Below are positions 1 through 9,245 of a stretch of 64,000 bases of DNA, piece by piece. Numbering within the stretch: the first letter of the stretch is position 1; each line of letters starts with the position of its first letter. The notes beneath the pieces were generated by a model. It saw only the letters and a list, made by a program, of their open reading frames with translations, was not told the DNA's origin and did not search any database. The position numbers and the translations under genes were made by a program. This DNA comes from Candidatus Omnitrophota bacterium (GTDB lineage: Bacteria > Omnitrophota > Gorgyraeia > Gygaellales > Profunditerraquicolaceae), in NCBI GenBank assembly GCA_041651035.1, contig JBAZKC010000003.1:133153-197152 (forward strand), written 5' to 3'.

Positions 1-737
1 ACCGCCAGCGCCAGAAAGTGGAGAGCAAAATATTACAGGAGGCAGAGGATTTAATTAATAAAGAGGTGAGTTTTAAAGAGCATAAAGTTATCGTTATCGC
101 CAAAGAAGACTGGCATCAGGGGGTTTTGGGGATAGTGGCGTCTAAATTAGCGGATAGGTTTTATAGGCCCGCTATTGTTATATCCTTAAGCGAAGATCTG
201 TGCAAAGGTTCAGCCCGCTCAATAAAGAACTTTCATTTATTTAACGCGCTCTTGGAATGTAAAGGGCTCTTGGACAGTTTTGGCGGCCATGCCCACGCCG
301 CGGGTATTTTAATTACCAGAAATAGTATAGAGGATTTTAAGCGTAATATTAACCGAATAGCCCAGGAGAGATTGTCATTGGAGGATCTGCTTCCCAGTTT
401 GGATATTGAGATGGAATTGTCCTTATCCAGCCTGAATGAGAAAATGGCCCTGGAGCTGGAGAGGCTTGAACCTTTTGGCAACGGCAACCCCGAACCTTTA
501 TTTTATACCAGGAATCTTAAAAGGAAGGGCGAACCGCAAACCTTAAGCAGGGAAACTTTGAAATTCTGGGTTAGCGACGGCGAGGCCACGTATCAGGCGA
601 TAGGGTTCGGAATGAGCCATTTGAAGGCCAGCCTTATGAACGCGGATTATTTTGACTTAGTATATACTCCCAGGATGGATACCTGGGGGGGCAATTCGTC
701 AGTTATTTTAGAAATAAAGGATATATTTTTCAGGTAG
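1..737 (+). CDS. recJ: Single-stranded-DNA-specific exonuclease RecJ, C-terminal part. The gene starts upstream of the window; the ORF-track Met at 18 is internal.
   Basis: DHHA1-type motif GGHAHAAG and the RecJ C-terminal OB-like region; reading frame open from base 1. Confidence 0.75.
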   Translation, partial: RQRQKVESKILQEAEDLINKEVSFKEHKVIVIAKEDWHQGVLGIVASKLADRFYRPAIVISLSEDLCKGSARSIKNFHLFNALLECKGLLDSFGGHAHAAGILITRNSIEDFKRNINRIAQERLSLEDLLPSLDIEMELSLSSLNEKMALELERLEPFGNGNPEPLFYTRNLKRKGEPQTLSRETLKFWVSDGEATYQAIGFGMSHLKASLMNADYFDLVYTPRMDTWGGNSSVILEIKDIFFR

Positions 738-740
738 GCT

Positions 741-971
741 TTAAGCCGCTCTTTTAAACAGGCCTTTTTTGATGCATTTGGCGCAGATATACACCTGCTT
801 TGCGTGGTTATCTACCAGGATACGCATTTTCTGAAGGTTGGGTAAGAACTTACGCATAGTCCAACGGCTGATCTTGCTCCCTGTGCCGCCTTTGCTCTTA
901 TATTGGCCTTTTCGGGTAACCAGTTTTCCTGTAAGCGCGCCTTTTCCGCATAAAACACATTTTTTTAACAT
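741..971 (-). CDS. rpmB: 50S ribosomal protein L28
   Basis: L28 signature (CxxCGK...RRFLPNLQ...). GAGGTG RBS 8 nt upstream of the internal ATG at 971; the longer ORF to 995 is probably not used. Confidence 0.85.
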   Translation of the reverse strand: MLKKCVLCGKGALTGKLVTRKGQYKSKGGTGSKISRWTMRKFLPNLQKMRILVDNHAKQVYICAKCIKKGLFKRAA

Positions 972-1159
972 AATTTTTTCACCTCTCTTCCGCAAAGAGT
1001 GGAGCCCCCCACAGGCTAAAGCCTGGGGCTCCCTCCTTAAGCAGAAATCATAAATAGTATTAATCCCTCGGGCTAAAGCTCGGTGATTTCTGCGAAGGAT
1101 TAAAGTATACTTGAAAATAAGCTATTGTCAAGTTAAAATAAAGGGGACGGTTATATAAT

Positions 1160-4100
1160 ATGAAAGATAAAAACCCATCTAATCCTCTCCAACCCCGCGT
1201 TTATGCCACAGACGCTTCTGCCGGGTCCGGTAAAACCTACGCCTTGGCTACGCACTATATACGCCTCCTGCTGGATAACTCTTCAATCCCCAGGCAGATA
1301 GAAAATATCCTGGCTATTACTTTTACTAACAAGGCGGCGCGGGAAATGAAGGAGCGTATCCTGGAGTTGCTTAAAAAGATCGCCCTGGATAAATTTACCG
1401 ATCCAACAGAAGAGGCCCGGCTTCTTTCAGGCTTATCCATTGATAAAAAGAAAGCCTGTGTTAAGGCCTCCGAGTTGATGGATTATATTATCCAGAACTA
1501 CAATTATTTCCAGGTTAAGACCATAGACAGTTTTATCAATATGATCCTCTTAGGCTGCGCCTACAGGCTTAATTTATCCGCCAACTTTAAGATAAAAGAT
1601 AACCGCCAGGATTATCTGGCGTATAGCGTTGATGAATGTATTGACAGGGCCGGTTATGACAAACAGGTAAGAAAGGCTTTCGATAATTTCCTAAAGCAGT
1701 ATATCTATTTAAAAGAGAGGTCCAGCTGGTTCCCGAAAGCGGATATCTTAGGCCTGATGGGTTCCTTATTCTATTATTCAAATATCTACGGAGCGGGATT
1801 TAAGAAATTCGATCTAAAGGGAGAGGATATCTTTAAAGGCAAGCAGGAAGTGCTTAAGTTGTATAGGTCTCTCTATGAAAAGCTTCCCGATAACGTGCAT
1901 GGCAGATTCCGTAATTTGATCAGGGATTTCTTAGGGGAGCATAAAGAGGCTTTTGATTTCGCGGAGATAACTTCGAAAAAGACCCTTATGCAGGAAACCG
2001 TTCCCGTGACAAAAGGCAGCCCCGTAGTTCCCGCGGCTATAGAAAAACTCTGGAGCCGTATCCGCCAAAGGAATTCCGAACTTGCCGAAGAAGAGGCGTT
2101 ATCGCTTTTTAACTGTTATATCGATATATTCGACCTTGTTTATGAGGTTTTCCGGAAGGCTGCCAGCAGGGATGATGTTTTATTCCTGGAAGAACTTAAC
2201 CAGCAGGCATACTCCCTGATCAGTGAAAACGGGATAACTGTCCCCGAACTTTATTACCAGCTTGCGATCCGCTTGCGGCATTTCTTGATCGATGAATTCC
2301 AGGACACCAGCGTCCTGCAATGGCGTAACCTTTTTCCGATGATCGAGGAAACGCTCTCAACAGGAGGCAGTTTCTTTTACGTAGGCGATAAAAAACAGGC
2401 GATCTTCCGTTTTAGGGGAGGGGAAGCTTCTTTGTTTAACAGTATAAAAAAAGATTTTGCCGCTTACGTAAGCGGAGATTCCTTAAAGACCAACTACCGC
2501 AGCCAGAAGGAAATAGTAGAATTCAATAACGCGGTTTTTGGCAAAGAGAATTTAGAAAAGTTCTTAGCGGCCCAGCAGCCGGAAGATAACCAGCTTAAGC
2601 GGTTCAACCAGGATGATATTAAGGAAATAGTTGAGGTTTTCTCCGGTTCGAGGCAGGAATATAAGAAAGATGGAAAGCACGAAGACGGCTATGTAAATAT
2701 AGGCCTGATCGAGGCTGCTGATAAGGAGCTAAGGGATGAGCGGATAAGGGAGAGGTTATTATCCCTCATGGATGATTTTAAGCAGGAGGCGCGGTTTAGC
2801 TTAAGAGATATCGCTGTGCTTTGCCGCGATAACAGCGAAGTAGAACTTGTAAGCGGGTGGCTTATTGAAGGAAATATCCCCGTTGAATCCGACAAGACGC
2901 TGAACATAAAGAATAATATTCTTATAAAAGAACTGACAGCTTTCCTTATGTTCCTGAATTCTCCGATAGACAATCTTTCTTTTTCTTCTTTTATACTTGG
3001 AGATATGTTCCTTAAGGCCTCCGGGATGGATATAGAAAGGATCGAGGATTTTCTTTTCGAGATCAAGGAAAAATTGTCCAGGGACCAGGGGTGCTATATT
3101 TACCGGGAATTCAAGAAAGCTTTTCCTGATGCCTGGGATAACTTTATAGAGCCTTTCTTCAAGCGCATAGGTTTTGTCGGTTTATATGAACTCACCATAG
3201 ATATATATAAGAAATTCGGCGTATTCAGGCATTTCCCCGGCCAGCAGGGGTTTTTTATGCATTTTCTCCAGCTTATAAAAGACAGTGAAGAGGAATGCCA
3301 GGGCATTTCCGACTTTCTTGAATATTTCCAGGCGTTGGATAATTACCGGCTTTATGTTAATTCATCAGACACTGAAGCTGTAAAAGTTACTACCATCCAT
3401 AAGGCAAAGGGCCTGGGGTTTGGCACGGTGGTTATTCCCTTCTTTGAGCTGGATATAAATTACCTCGGCGAGCGCGATATGAAGACAAAAGTTTCCTATA
3501 CGATTGAACGGACAGGCCAGGGGATCTCCCTTTTAAGGCTGGATAAGAAATACGCCTTGTTATCTTCGCGTATTTATGAGGCATATACCAGGGAATACAA
3601 GAAGGCGTTCATTGACGAGCTGAATACTCTTTATGTTTCTTTGACCAGGGCAAAAAACGAGCTCTATGTTTTTATCCCGTTCGGGATGGAAAGAGCTAAT
3701 AACATAGCAAGGCTGCTTATTCCGGAAGAGCGGCTTAAACAGGGGAGTAAGCGCAGTTATGTAAGCCTGCCTATCAGGGATGTTTCTTCTTTATTCATCG
3801 AGCCGCCTGAATACCGCGACTGGAACAGCCTGTTAAAAGATGAATTCCAGGATATAGATACAGTAAAGAACAGGCGTAATGTTATGCGGGGAGAGGCACT
3901 CCACGGGATACTTGCTTCTATCGGCAACCTCACCCAGGAGGATAAAGAAAAATCGATAGAGGAAGGATTAGGTAAGGCAAGATCCTTATTTCCATCTTTT
4001 GAGGATTGGCCAGGGTTGGAAAGAATAGTCAGGAATCTTCTCGCGCAAGAGGCGGCAGGAAGATTTTTCTATGTTACCGACGGCCTGGTTTACCGGGAGA

Positions 4101-4327
4101 AGGATGTAATAGACCGTTTTGGAATTACTAAGCGTATTGACCGCCTGATAATAAAAGAAACAGAGATCTGGATAATTGATTATAAAACAAAGCAAGAAGG
4201 TGCTGCTGATTATAAAGAACAGCTCGGCGCCTATAAGGGGATAATTAAAGAGATCTATCCCGGTAAAACCGTCAAATGTTACCTGGTGTTCTTAGAAGAG
4301 GCTAAAGTAGAAGAAATAAATGGATAA
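1160..4327 (+). CDS. addA: AddA/RecB-like ATP-dependent helicase-nuclease (UvrD-family SF1 helicase with C-terminal PD-(D/E)xK nuclease)
   Basis: Walker A GSGKTYAL, DEFQDTS motif II, VGDKKQAIFRFRG motif III, NYRS, TIHKAKGLGF, LTRAK, and the C-terminal nuclease motif IIDYKT. Confidence 0.8.
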   Translation: MKDKNPSNPLQPRVYATDASAGSGKTYALATHYIRLLLDNSSIPRQIENILAITFTNKAAREMKERILELLKKIALDKFTDPTEEARLLSGLSIDKKKACVKASELMDYIIQNYNYFQVKTIDSFINMILLGCAYRLNLSANFKIKDNRQDYLAYSVDECIDRAGYDKQVRKAFDNFLKQYIYLKERSSWFPKADILGLMGSLFYYSNIYGAGFKKFDLKGEDIFKGKQEVLKLYRSLYEKLPDNVHGRFRNLIRDFLGEHKEAFDFAEITSKKTLMQETVPVTKGSPVVPAAIEKLWSRIRQRNSELAEEEALSLFNCYIDIFDLVYEVFRKAASRDDVLFLEELNQQAYSLISENGITVPELYYQLAIRLRHFLIDEFQDTSVLQWRNLFPMIEETLSTGGSFFYVGDKKQAIFRFRGGEASLFNSIKKDFAAYVSGDSLKTNYRSQKEIVEFNNAVFGKENLEKFLAAQQPEDNQLKRFNQDDIKEIVEVFSGSRQEYKKDGKHEDGYVNIGLIEAADKELRDERIRERLLSLMDDFKQEARFSLRDIAVLCRDNSEVELVSGWLIEGNIPVESDKTLNIKNNILIKELTAFLMFLNSPIDNLSFSSFILGDMFLKASGMDIERIEDFLFEIKEKLSRDQGCYIYREFKKAFPDAWDNFIEPFFKRIGFVGLYELTIDIYKKFGVFRHFPGQQGFFMHFLQLIKDSEEECQGISDFLEYFQALDNYRLYVNSSDTEAVKVTTIHKAKGLGFGTVVIPFFELDINYLGERDMKTKVSYTIERTGQGISLLRLDKKYALLSSRIYEAYTREYKKAFIDELNTLYVSLTRAKNELYVFIPFGMERANNIARLLIPEERLKQGSKRSYVSLPIRDVSSLFIEPPEYRDWNSLLKDEFQDIDTVKNRRNVMRGEALHGILASIGNLTQEDKEKSIEEGLGKARSLFPSFEDWPGLERIVRNLLAQEAAGRFFYVTDGLVYREKDVIDRFGITKRIDRLIIKETEIWIIDYKTKQEGAADYKEQLGAYKGIIKEIYPGKTVKCYLVFLEEAKVEEING

Positions 4328-7163
4328 GATCATAACTTATAACTTTAATGAAGATTTTATTTCGCGCCTTGCCGATTATATTGAAGATAATTTCATTAGA
4401 AAAGGGAAAGACTTAAGCCGCCTGGCCGTTGTTTTTGGCGGCAAGAGGCCGGCTCTATTCCTTAAAAGGGAGCTTGCCAGAAGAGTCAAGTCGAGCCTGT
4501 TTCCTCCCCGGTTTTTCGCGATCGATCAGTTTATCAGGCATCTGGTTTCCGCCAGAAACGATTTTCGTCCTGTCCCCGGCCTTGACGCCGCGTATATAAT
4601 TTACAACGCCGCTAAAGAAAAAGCTCCCCTGGTCTTGCGCCACCGGGAAAAGTTTTCTCAGTTCCTGCCCTGGGCAAAAGAAATAGCTGATTTTATAGAT
4701 GAGATCGACCTGGAAAATATAGATGACCAGGAGCTAAGGCAGGTTGAAGAGAGCGCCCATATAGGCTATGAAGTCCCGGAGAGTATTAATAAGCTCCTGG
4801 GGCATATTGTAAAAATAAGAAGCGCGTTTCACGCGGAGCTGCGCGAGAAGAACCTGTATTCCCGCGGGCTTATGTATCTAGACGCTGCCAGCTTCATTAA
4901 AGAATCCGGACTGGAAGAATTCGATAACATTCTTTTATGTAACTTCTTCTATCTGCATAAAACAGAGGAGATTATTTTAAAACACCTTTATGAACAGGGG
5001 AAAGCGGTCTTATTCTTCCAAAAGGATGAAAGAAAATGGCCTGTATTTGACGACCTATCCAAGTCTTTCGGGTGCAAGATAGAACCGCCGCCGGATAAGG
5101 CAGAAATACGCTGCGAGCCCAAGATATACAAAGGTTTTGACAGCCATTCGCAGGTGGGGCTGGTCCGTGAAATACTGGTTAAGCAAATACCCCCTAAGAG
5201 CCTGGATAAAACACTTATAGTGCTTTCCGATCCCAATAATCTGATGCCTTTGCTTTCAGAGGTTTCTTCATGCGTGGAAGATTTTAATGTTTCTCTGGGT
5301 TATTCTTTGAAAAGAAGCCCGCTATACAGCCTTTTTCGGTATATATTTCAGGCCCAGTCAACCCGCAAGGGCAATAAATATTACACAAAAGACTACCTGA
5401 AGGTTTTACTGCATCCTTTGATCAAGAACCTGGATATCGCGGGAGACCAGTCAGTCAGCCGTGTGCTTTGCCATAAAGTAGAAGAGGTCCTCCAGGGTAT
5501 GTTCAAAACAGCTATCAGCGGGAGCCTCTTTGTGGAGCTTGATGAAATACAGGGCTTAGGAGAGCTTTATATGTCCGCGGCAGATACTCTGCTGAATATG
5601 GATATAAAGCTTGATGTTCCGGAACTTAAAAAAGCCCTTTTAGAGATACACGGACTTGCCTTCGGCATATGGGAAGATATAAATAATTTTGGGGACTTCC
5701 TAAAGTCTCTGGAACGCTTTAACGAGGCCATCCTTAATAAAAGCCCCCTGGGTAATTACCCGTTAAACATAAAGATCATTGAAAAGGTCTATGAGTCCAT
5801 AGATGAATTAAAGAGAGCTGAATTCAAAGATCAGCCATTCGCGAAAGAAGAAATATTCAATATCTTTGACGCGAAACTTCAGTCCGAAGCGGTCTCTTTT
5901 CAGGGTTCTCCTTTAAAAGGCCTGCAGATACTGGGCCTTTTTGAAACCCGCTCTTTAAGTTTTGAAAACGTGATCGTTATGGACGCTAATGAATCGGTCC
6001 TGCCGCGCGTGCGGGTCTGCGAGCCGCTCATACCCAGGCAGGTTATGGAAGGATTAGGCTTAGAGCGGCTTAAACAGGATGAGGAGATCCAAAGGTATCA
6101 TTTTCTGCGCCTCATTTCCGGAGCCAGGAATGTTTATTTTGTCTACGATGATAACCTGGAAAAGGAAAGAAGCAGGTTTATAGAAGAAATTATCTGGCAG
6201 GAGCAAAAAAGAAAGAAGACCCTTAATGTGCTTAGTGAGTCGCGCGCCCGTTTTAACGTGAATGTCTGCCCGAAAGAGAGGGTAAGCGTTAAAAAAGATA
6301 AAAAAATAGTAGAATATTTATCCCATACATTTGAATATTCTCCTTCCAGCGTAGATACTTATCTTAATTGTCCGCTTAAGTTTTACTATCTGTATGTGTT
6401 AAAGCTGGAAAAGAAGGAAGAGCTGCTTGATGACTTAGAAGGCAGGGATATAGGTAATTTTATCCATGCTTTTCTTGACCGCGCCTTCAGGTGTTTCCTC
6501 GGCAAGAAGCCGGTTATTGATTCTGCATTCGAAAAGAAGTTCTTTGAAGAATTCCAGGCGTTCTTTGATTCTGAATTAGAGAGGCGGCTCGGCCCGGGTT
6601 CTTTTATGGTCAGGGATATAATGGAGTTTCGGCTCAAGAAGTTCCTTGATAGCGAAAGGGCCAGAAAAGTAAAGAAGATAATTTCTCTTGAAGACAGAAA
6701 GCCCGCGGAGAAAATAACTTTCTTAGGCAGGGACTTTAAGTTCAAATACCGTATTGACAGGGTGGACCAGCTTGAAGATGGATCGCTGCTGGTTATCGAT
6801 TATAAGACCGGAGGCAACCTTAAGTCTCCGGCAGGGCTAAATAAGCTTAAGGCTATGGCCTGCGACCGCGCTTCTATAAGAGGCGCTATTAATTCATTCC
6901 AGCTGCCGGTTTACTATTATTTTACCAGCCGTCAATTTAAAGACACGCCGTTAAATGCCGCCTTGTATAATTTGCGCGATATAGAATTTATAGATTTTAT
7001 TAAATCGGCTAACCCGGATACAGCCAAAGAGGTAATGGATATCAGCTTTAAGGCTTTAGAAGCTATTGTTTCTGAGATAGTTGATCCTGGACTTGGTTTC
7101 CAGGCAGACAGCAGCCTGGAACATAACTGCGAATATTGCCCGTTCTCGGTTATGTGCAAATAG
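4320..7163 (+). CDS. AddB-like PD-(D/E)xK nuclease partner with a C-terminal Fe-S Cys cluster (C...CxxC...C). The N-terminal domain lacks a canonical Walker A.
   Basis: C-terminal VIDYKTGG nuclease motif plus CEYCPFSVMC. Overlaps the addA stop by 8 nt (translational coupling). Confidence 0.65.
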   Translation: MDKIITYNFNEDFISRLADYIEDNFIRKGKDLSRLAVVFGGKRPALFLKRELARRVKSSLFPPRFFAIDQFIRHLVSARNDFRPVPGLDAAYIIYNAAKEKAPLVLRHREKFSQFLPWAKEIADFIDEIDLENIDDQELRQVEESAHIGYEVPESINKLLGHIVKIRSAFHAELREKNLYSRGLMYLDAASFIKESGLEEFDNILLCNFFYLHKTEEIILKHLYEQGKAVLFFQKDERKWPVFDDLSKSFGCKIEPPPDKAEIRCEPKIYKGFDSHSQVGLVREILVKQIPPKSLDKTLIVLSDPNNLMPLLSEVSSCVEDFNVSLGYSLKRSPLYSLFRYIFQAQSTRKGNKYYTKDYLKVLLHPLIKNLDIAGDQSVSRVLCHKVEEVLQGMFKTAISGSLFVELDEIQGLGELYMSAADTLLNMDIKLDVPELKKALLEIHGLAFGIWEDINNFGDFLKSLERFNEAILNKSPLGNYPLNIKIIEKVYESIDELKRAEFKDQPFAKEEIFNIFDAKLQSEAVSFQGSPLKGLQILGLFETRSLSFENVIVMDANESVLPRVRVCEPLIPRQVMEGLGLERLKQDEEIQRYHFLRLISGARNVYFVYDDNLEKERSRFIEEIIWQEQKRKKTLNVLSESRARFNVNVCPKERVSVKKDKKIVEYLSHTFEYSPSSVDTYLNCPLKFYYLYVLKLEKKEELLDDLEGRDIGNFIHAFLDRAFRCFLGKKPVIDSAFEKKFFEEFQAFFDSELERRLGPGSFMVRDIMEFRLKKFLDSERARKVKKIISLEDRKPAEKITFLGRDFKFKYRIDRVDQLEDGSLLVIDYKTGGNLKSPAGLNKLKAMACDRASIRGAINSFQLPVYYYFTSRQFKDTPLNAALYNLRDIEFIDFIKSANPDTAKEVMDISFKALEAIVSEIVDPGLGFQADSSLEHNCEYCPFSVMCK

Positions 7164-7184
7164 CTAAGTTTAGTAAGTCCAAAA

Positions 7185-7256
7185 AGCATCTTTCCGGCTT
7201 TGCGTTCCGTGTGCTGAAAATTTTCTAATGCACGCTCCAGCAAAGCCGCGAAAGCT
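7185..7256. repeat. Intergenic imperfect-palindromic repeat element, copy 1 of 3 (core CTTTCCGGCTTTGCGTTCCG(C/T)GTGCTGAAAATTTTCTAATGCACGCTCCAGCAAAGCCGCGAAAGC)
   Basis: Near-identical sequence recurs at 17231-17299 and 47725-47837. The two arms are imperfect reverse complements. Confidence 0.75.
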
Positions 7257-7263
7257 GCTAAAG

Positions 7264-7287
7264 ACAGGGACTGTCCCTTTTATTTCC
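7264..7287 (+). terminator. Weak intrinsic terminator candidate after addB-like gene (AGGGA-CTG-TCCCT followed by TTTTATTT)
   Basis: 5-bp GC-containing stem followed by a T-run. Confidence 0.3.
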
Positions 7288-7308
7288 TCGTCCCTTAAAA
7301 AAGAATTA

Positions 7309-7336
7309 TTGCATAACTTGCCTGATTTGGTAGAAT
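7309..7336 (+). promoter_or_regulatory. Sigma70-like promoter: TTGCAT, 16 nt spacer, TGgTAGAAT (extended -10)
   Basis: Hexamers and spacing read directly; sits upstream of the ORF at 7355 with a GAGAGG RBS. Confidence 0.4.
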
Positions 7337-7354
7337 GATACGAGAGGATTTCAA

Positions 7355-8437
7355 ATGAAGAGAATAAATAAGATCATAATCTGGGTTTTAATTATAGTTT
7401 TTGCTGCCTGGGTTTCTTTGGGTATAGCTATCGCGTCCTATGGCAAGAAGATGGTACTTAGCCTGATAGAGCAGAACCTGAAAATGAGCGCTAGTTTAGA
7501 CAGGATAAGCCTTAAGCTGCCTTTTACTATTGATTTGATAAACCTTAAGGCAGGAGACTTGTTTAAGGCCGAGAAGATCTCTGTCAGCCCAAGCATATTG
7601 GGATTCTTTGCCGGGAAGATAGTCCTTAACGGGTTAACCCTGGCCAACCCGGTGATCAGCCTTGAGAAAAACCAGGACGGCAGTTTTAACCTGCCTGTTC
7701 TTGAGCAAAAAGGCAGCCAACCCCCGGTTTTCTTGACGAAGTTAGTTATAAACAACGGCAAGTTCATATTTACCGATAAAAAAATAAGCCCTGAAGGATA
7801 TAAGGTTATACTTAATAAGATCAACGTCCGTATTTCCAAGGTTACGCTTCCGCTGTTGTCGTTAAATACAAAATTCGTAATTTCTTTAGCCTTAATTGAT
7901 CCTGACGCCAACGCGTTAGGCAGCATGGATGCCTCCGGCTGGATCGATTTCGGCACCAAGAGCATGGATGCTGTTTTGCGCATAAAAGACTTAAACGCCG
8001 TTTATTTCTCCCCTTATTACGGGGATTTCATTTCCGATAAAAAGCTTTTATCGGCAAAACTGAATTTTTCTTCTTTGCTAAAGGCCAAGAACAATGATTT
8101 AAATGTAGAATCTTCTTTTAAACTTTCCGACCTGGTTTACGCTAAAGAAGAGCAGCCAGAGAGCGGGGAGCTGAATAGCCTGGATTTTACCAGGAGCACC
8201 CTGGATATTTTTACCGACACAGAGGGGAACCTGAACCTGGATTTTATCATAAATACGAAACTGGATAATCCCGGCATAAGTATTTCTGAATTAAAAAAGG
8301 TTATCCTGAAGGCGGCAGTAAAAAATCTTTCCAGCCAGTCTCCGGATACACTGATAAATAAAATTAATAATACCCTTAAGCAGTTCAAAGACTTCGGCAA
8401 GCAGATGAAAAACGTATTTAAGGATAAAGGGGAATAG
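7355..8437 (+). CDS. AsmA-like / DUF748 family protein with an N-terminal membrane anchor
   Basis: N-terminal TM helix followed by repetitive beta-rich segments typical of the AsmA-like family. Confidence 0.5.
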   Translation: MKRINKIIIWVLIIVFAAWVSLGIAIASYGKKMVLSLIEQNLKMSASLDRISLKLPFTIDLINLKAGDLFKAEKISVSPSILGFFAGKIVLNGLTLANPVISLEKNQDGSFNLPVLEQKGSQPPVFLTKLVINNGKFIFTDKKISPEGYKVILNKINVRISKVTLPLLSLNTKFVISLALIDPDANALGSMDASGWIDFGTKSMDAVLRIKDLNAVYFSPYYGDFISDKKLLSAKLNFSSLLKAKNNDLNVESSFKLSDLVYAKEEQPESGELNSLDFTRSTLDIFTDTEGNLNLDFIINTKLDNPGISISELKKVILKAAVKNLSSQSPDTLINKINNTLKQFKDFGKQMKNVFKDKGE

Positions 8438-8443
8438 GCGCGC

Positions 8444-8860
8444 ATGCCCGGCTCCGGAGTGGGAATACATAAAGAGAACGCGCTTAAGCGGGAGATGTCC
8501 CGCCTGGGTATAAGGCCAGAGGATATTACCGAGAGTTTTATAAGAAGCAGCGGCCCGGGCGGCCAGAATGTCAACAAGACTTCCACCTGCGTATACCTGA
8601 AACATCTCCCTACCGGTATAGAGGTAAGATGCCAAAAGGAGCGCGTACAGGCCTTAAACCGTTATTTTGCCCGTAAGCTTTTGTTGAAGAAGATCGAAGC
8701 CCGCATTTTAAAGAAATTGTCCGAAGAGAGGGGCCGCGTTGAAAAGTTGCGCAGGCAAAAGCGCAAACGCCCCAGGGGATTGAAATTAAGGATCTTGGAA
8801 GATAAGCGTAAACGCGCGCAGAAGAAAATATTCAGGCAGCGCGTCCGGGAAATAGAATAA
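8444..8860 (+). CDS. arfB: Peptidyl-tRNA hydrolase ArfB (alternative ribosome-rescue factor, RF-like GGQ protein)
   Basis: GPGGQNVNK motif, about 140 aa, highly basic C-terminal tail. Confidence 0.8.
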   Translation: MPGSGVGIHKENALKREMSRLGIRPEDITESFIRSSGPGGQNVNKTSTCVYLKHLPTGIEVRCQKERVQALNRYFARKLLLKKIEARILKKLSEERGRVEKLRRQKRKRPRGLKLRILEDKRKRAQKKIFRQRVREIE

Positions 8861-8880
8861 TAAAAAAATATACGAATTTG

Positions 8881-8909
8881 TTGACTTATATTAAAAACTA
8901 ACATATAAT
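8881..8909 (+). promoter_or_regulatory. Sigma70 promoter for rpsO-pnp: TTGACT, 17 nt spacer, TATAAT
   Basis: Consensus hexamers with optimal spacing, 35 nt upstream of the rpsO start. Confidence 0.55.
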
Positions 8910-8944
8910 AGCTGAAATACTTAGAATGAGGGAGGTGAAAAGAA

Positions 8945-9214
8945 TTGGTTTTGGTAAAAGAAAAGAAAACAAAGATCATAAGTGAGTTTAAGGCACACGC
9001 CCGCGATACAGGTTCAGCGGAAGTCCAGGTTGCGATCTTGACCGAGAGAATAAACGGCCTAGGAGAGCACTTCAAGCAGCATAAAAAAGACTTCAATTCC
9101 CGCCGCGGACTGCTTTCATTGGTAGGCAGGCGCCGCAGGCTCCTCAGTTATCTCAAGACTAAAGATATCAAGAAATACGAAGAAGTCTTAGAAAAACTCA
9201 ACTTAAGAAAATAA
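8945..9214 (+). CDS. rpsO: 30S ribosomal protein S15 (TTG start)
   Basis: S15 signature (GSxEVQVAxLTERI...HxxSRRGLLxxVxxRRRLLxYL). GGAGGTG RBS 7 nt upstream of the TTG. Confidence 0.85.
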   Translation: MVLVKEKKTKIISEFKAHARDTGSAEVQVAILTERINGLGEHFKQHKKDFNSRRGLLSLVGRRRRLLSYLKTKDIKKYEEVLEKLNLRK

Positions 9215-9245
9215 ATCGAGGCTCTATCCTTAAGAGAGAGATATT

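Noticed and set aside
838-1053. 71-aa plus-strand ORF across the rpmB region and the upstream hairpin
   Set aside because: Overlaps rpmB antisense and the structured intergenic hairpin. Proline/leucine-rich translation of non-coding sequence.
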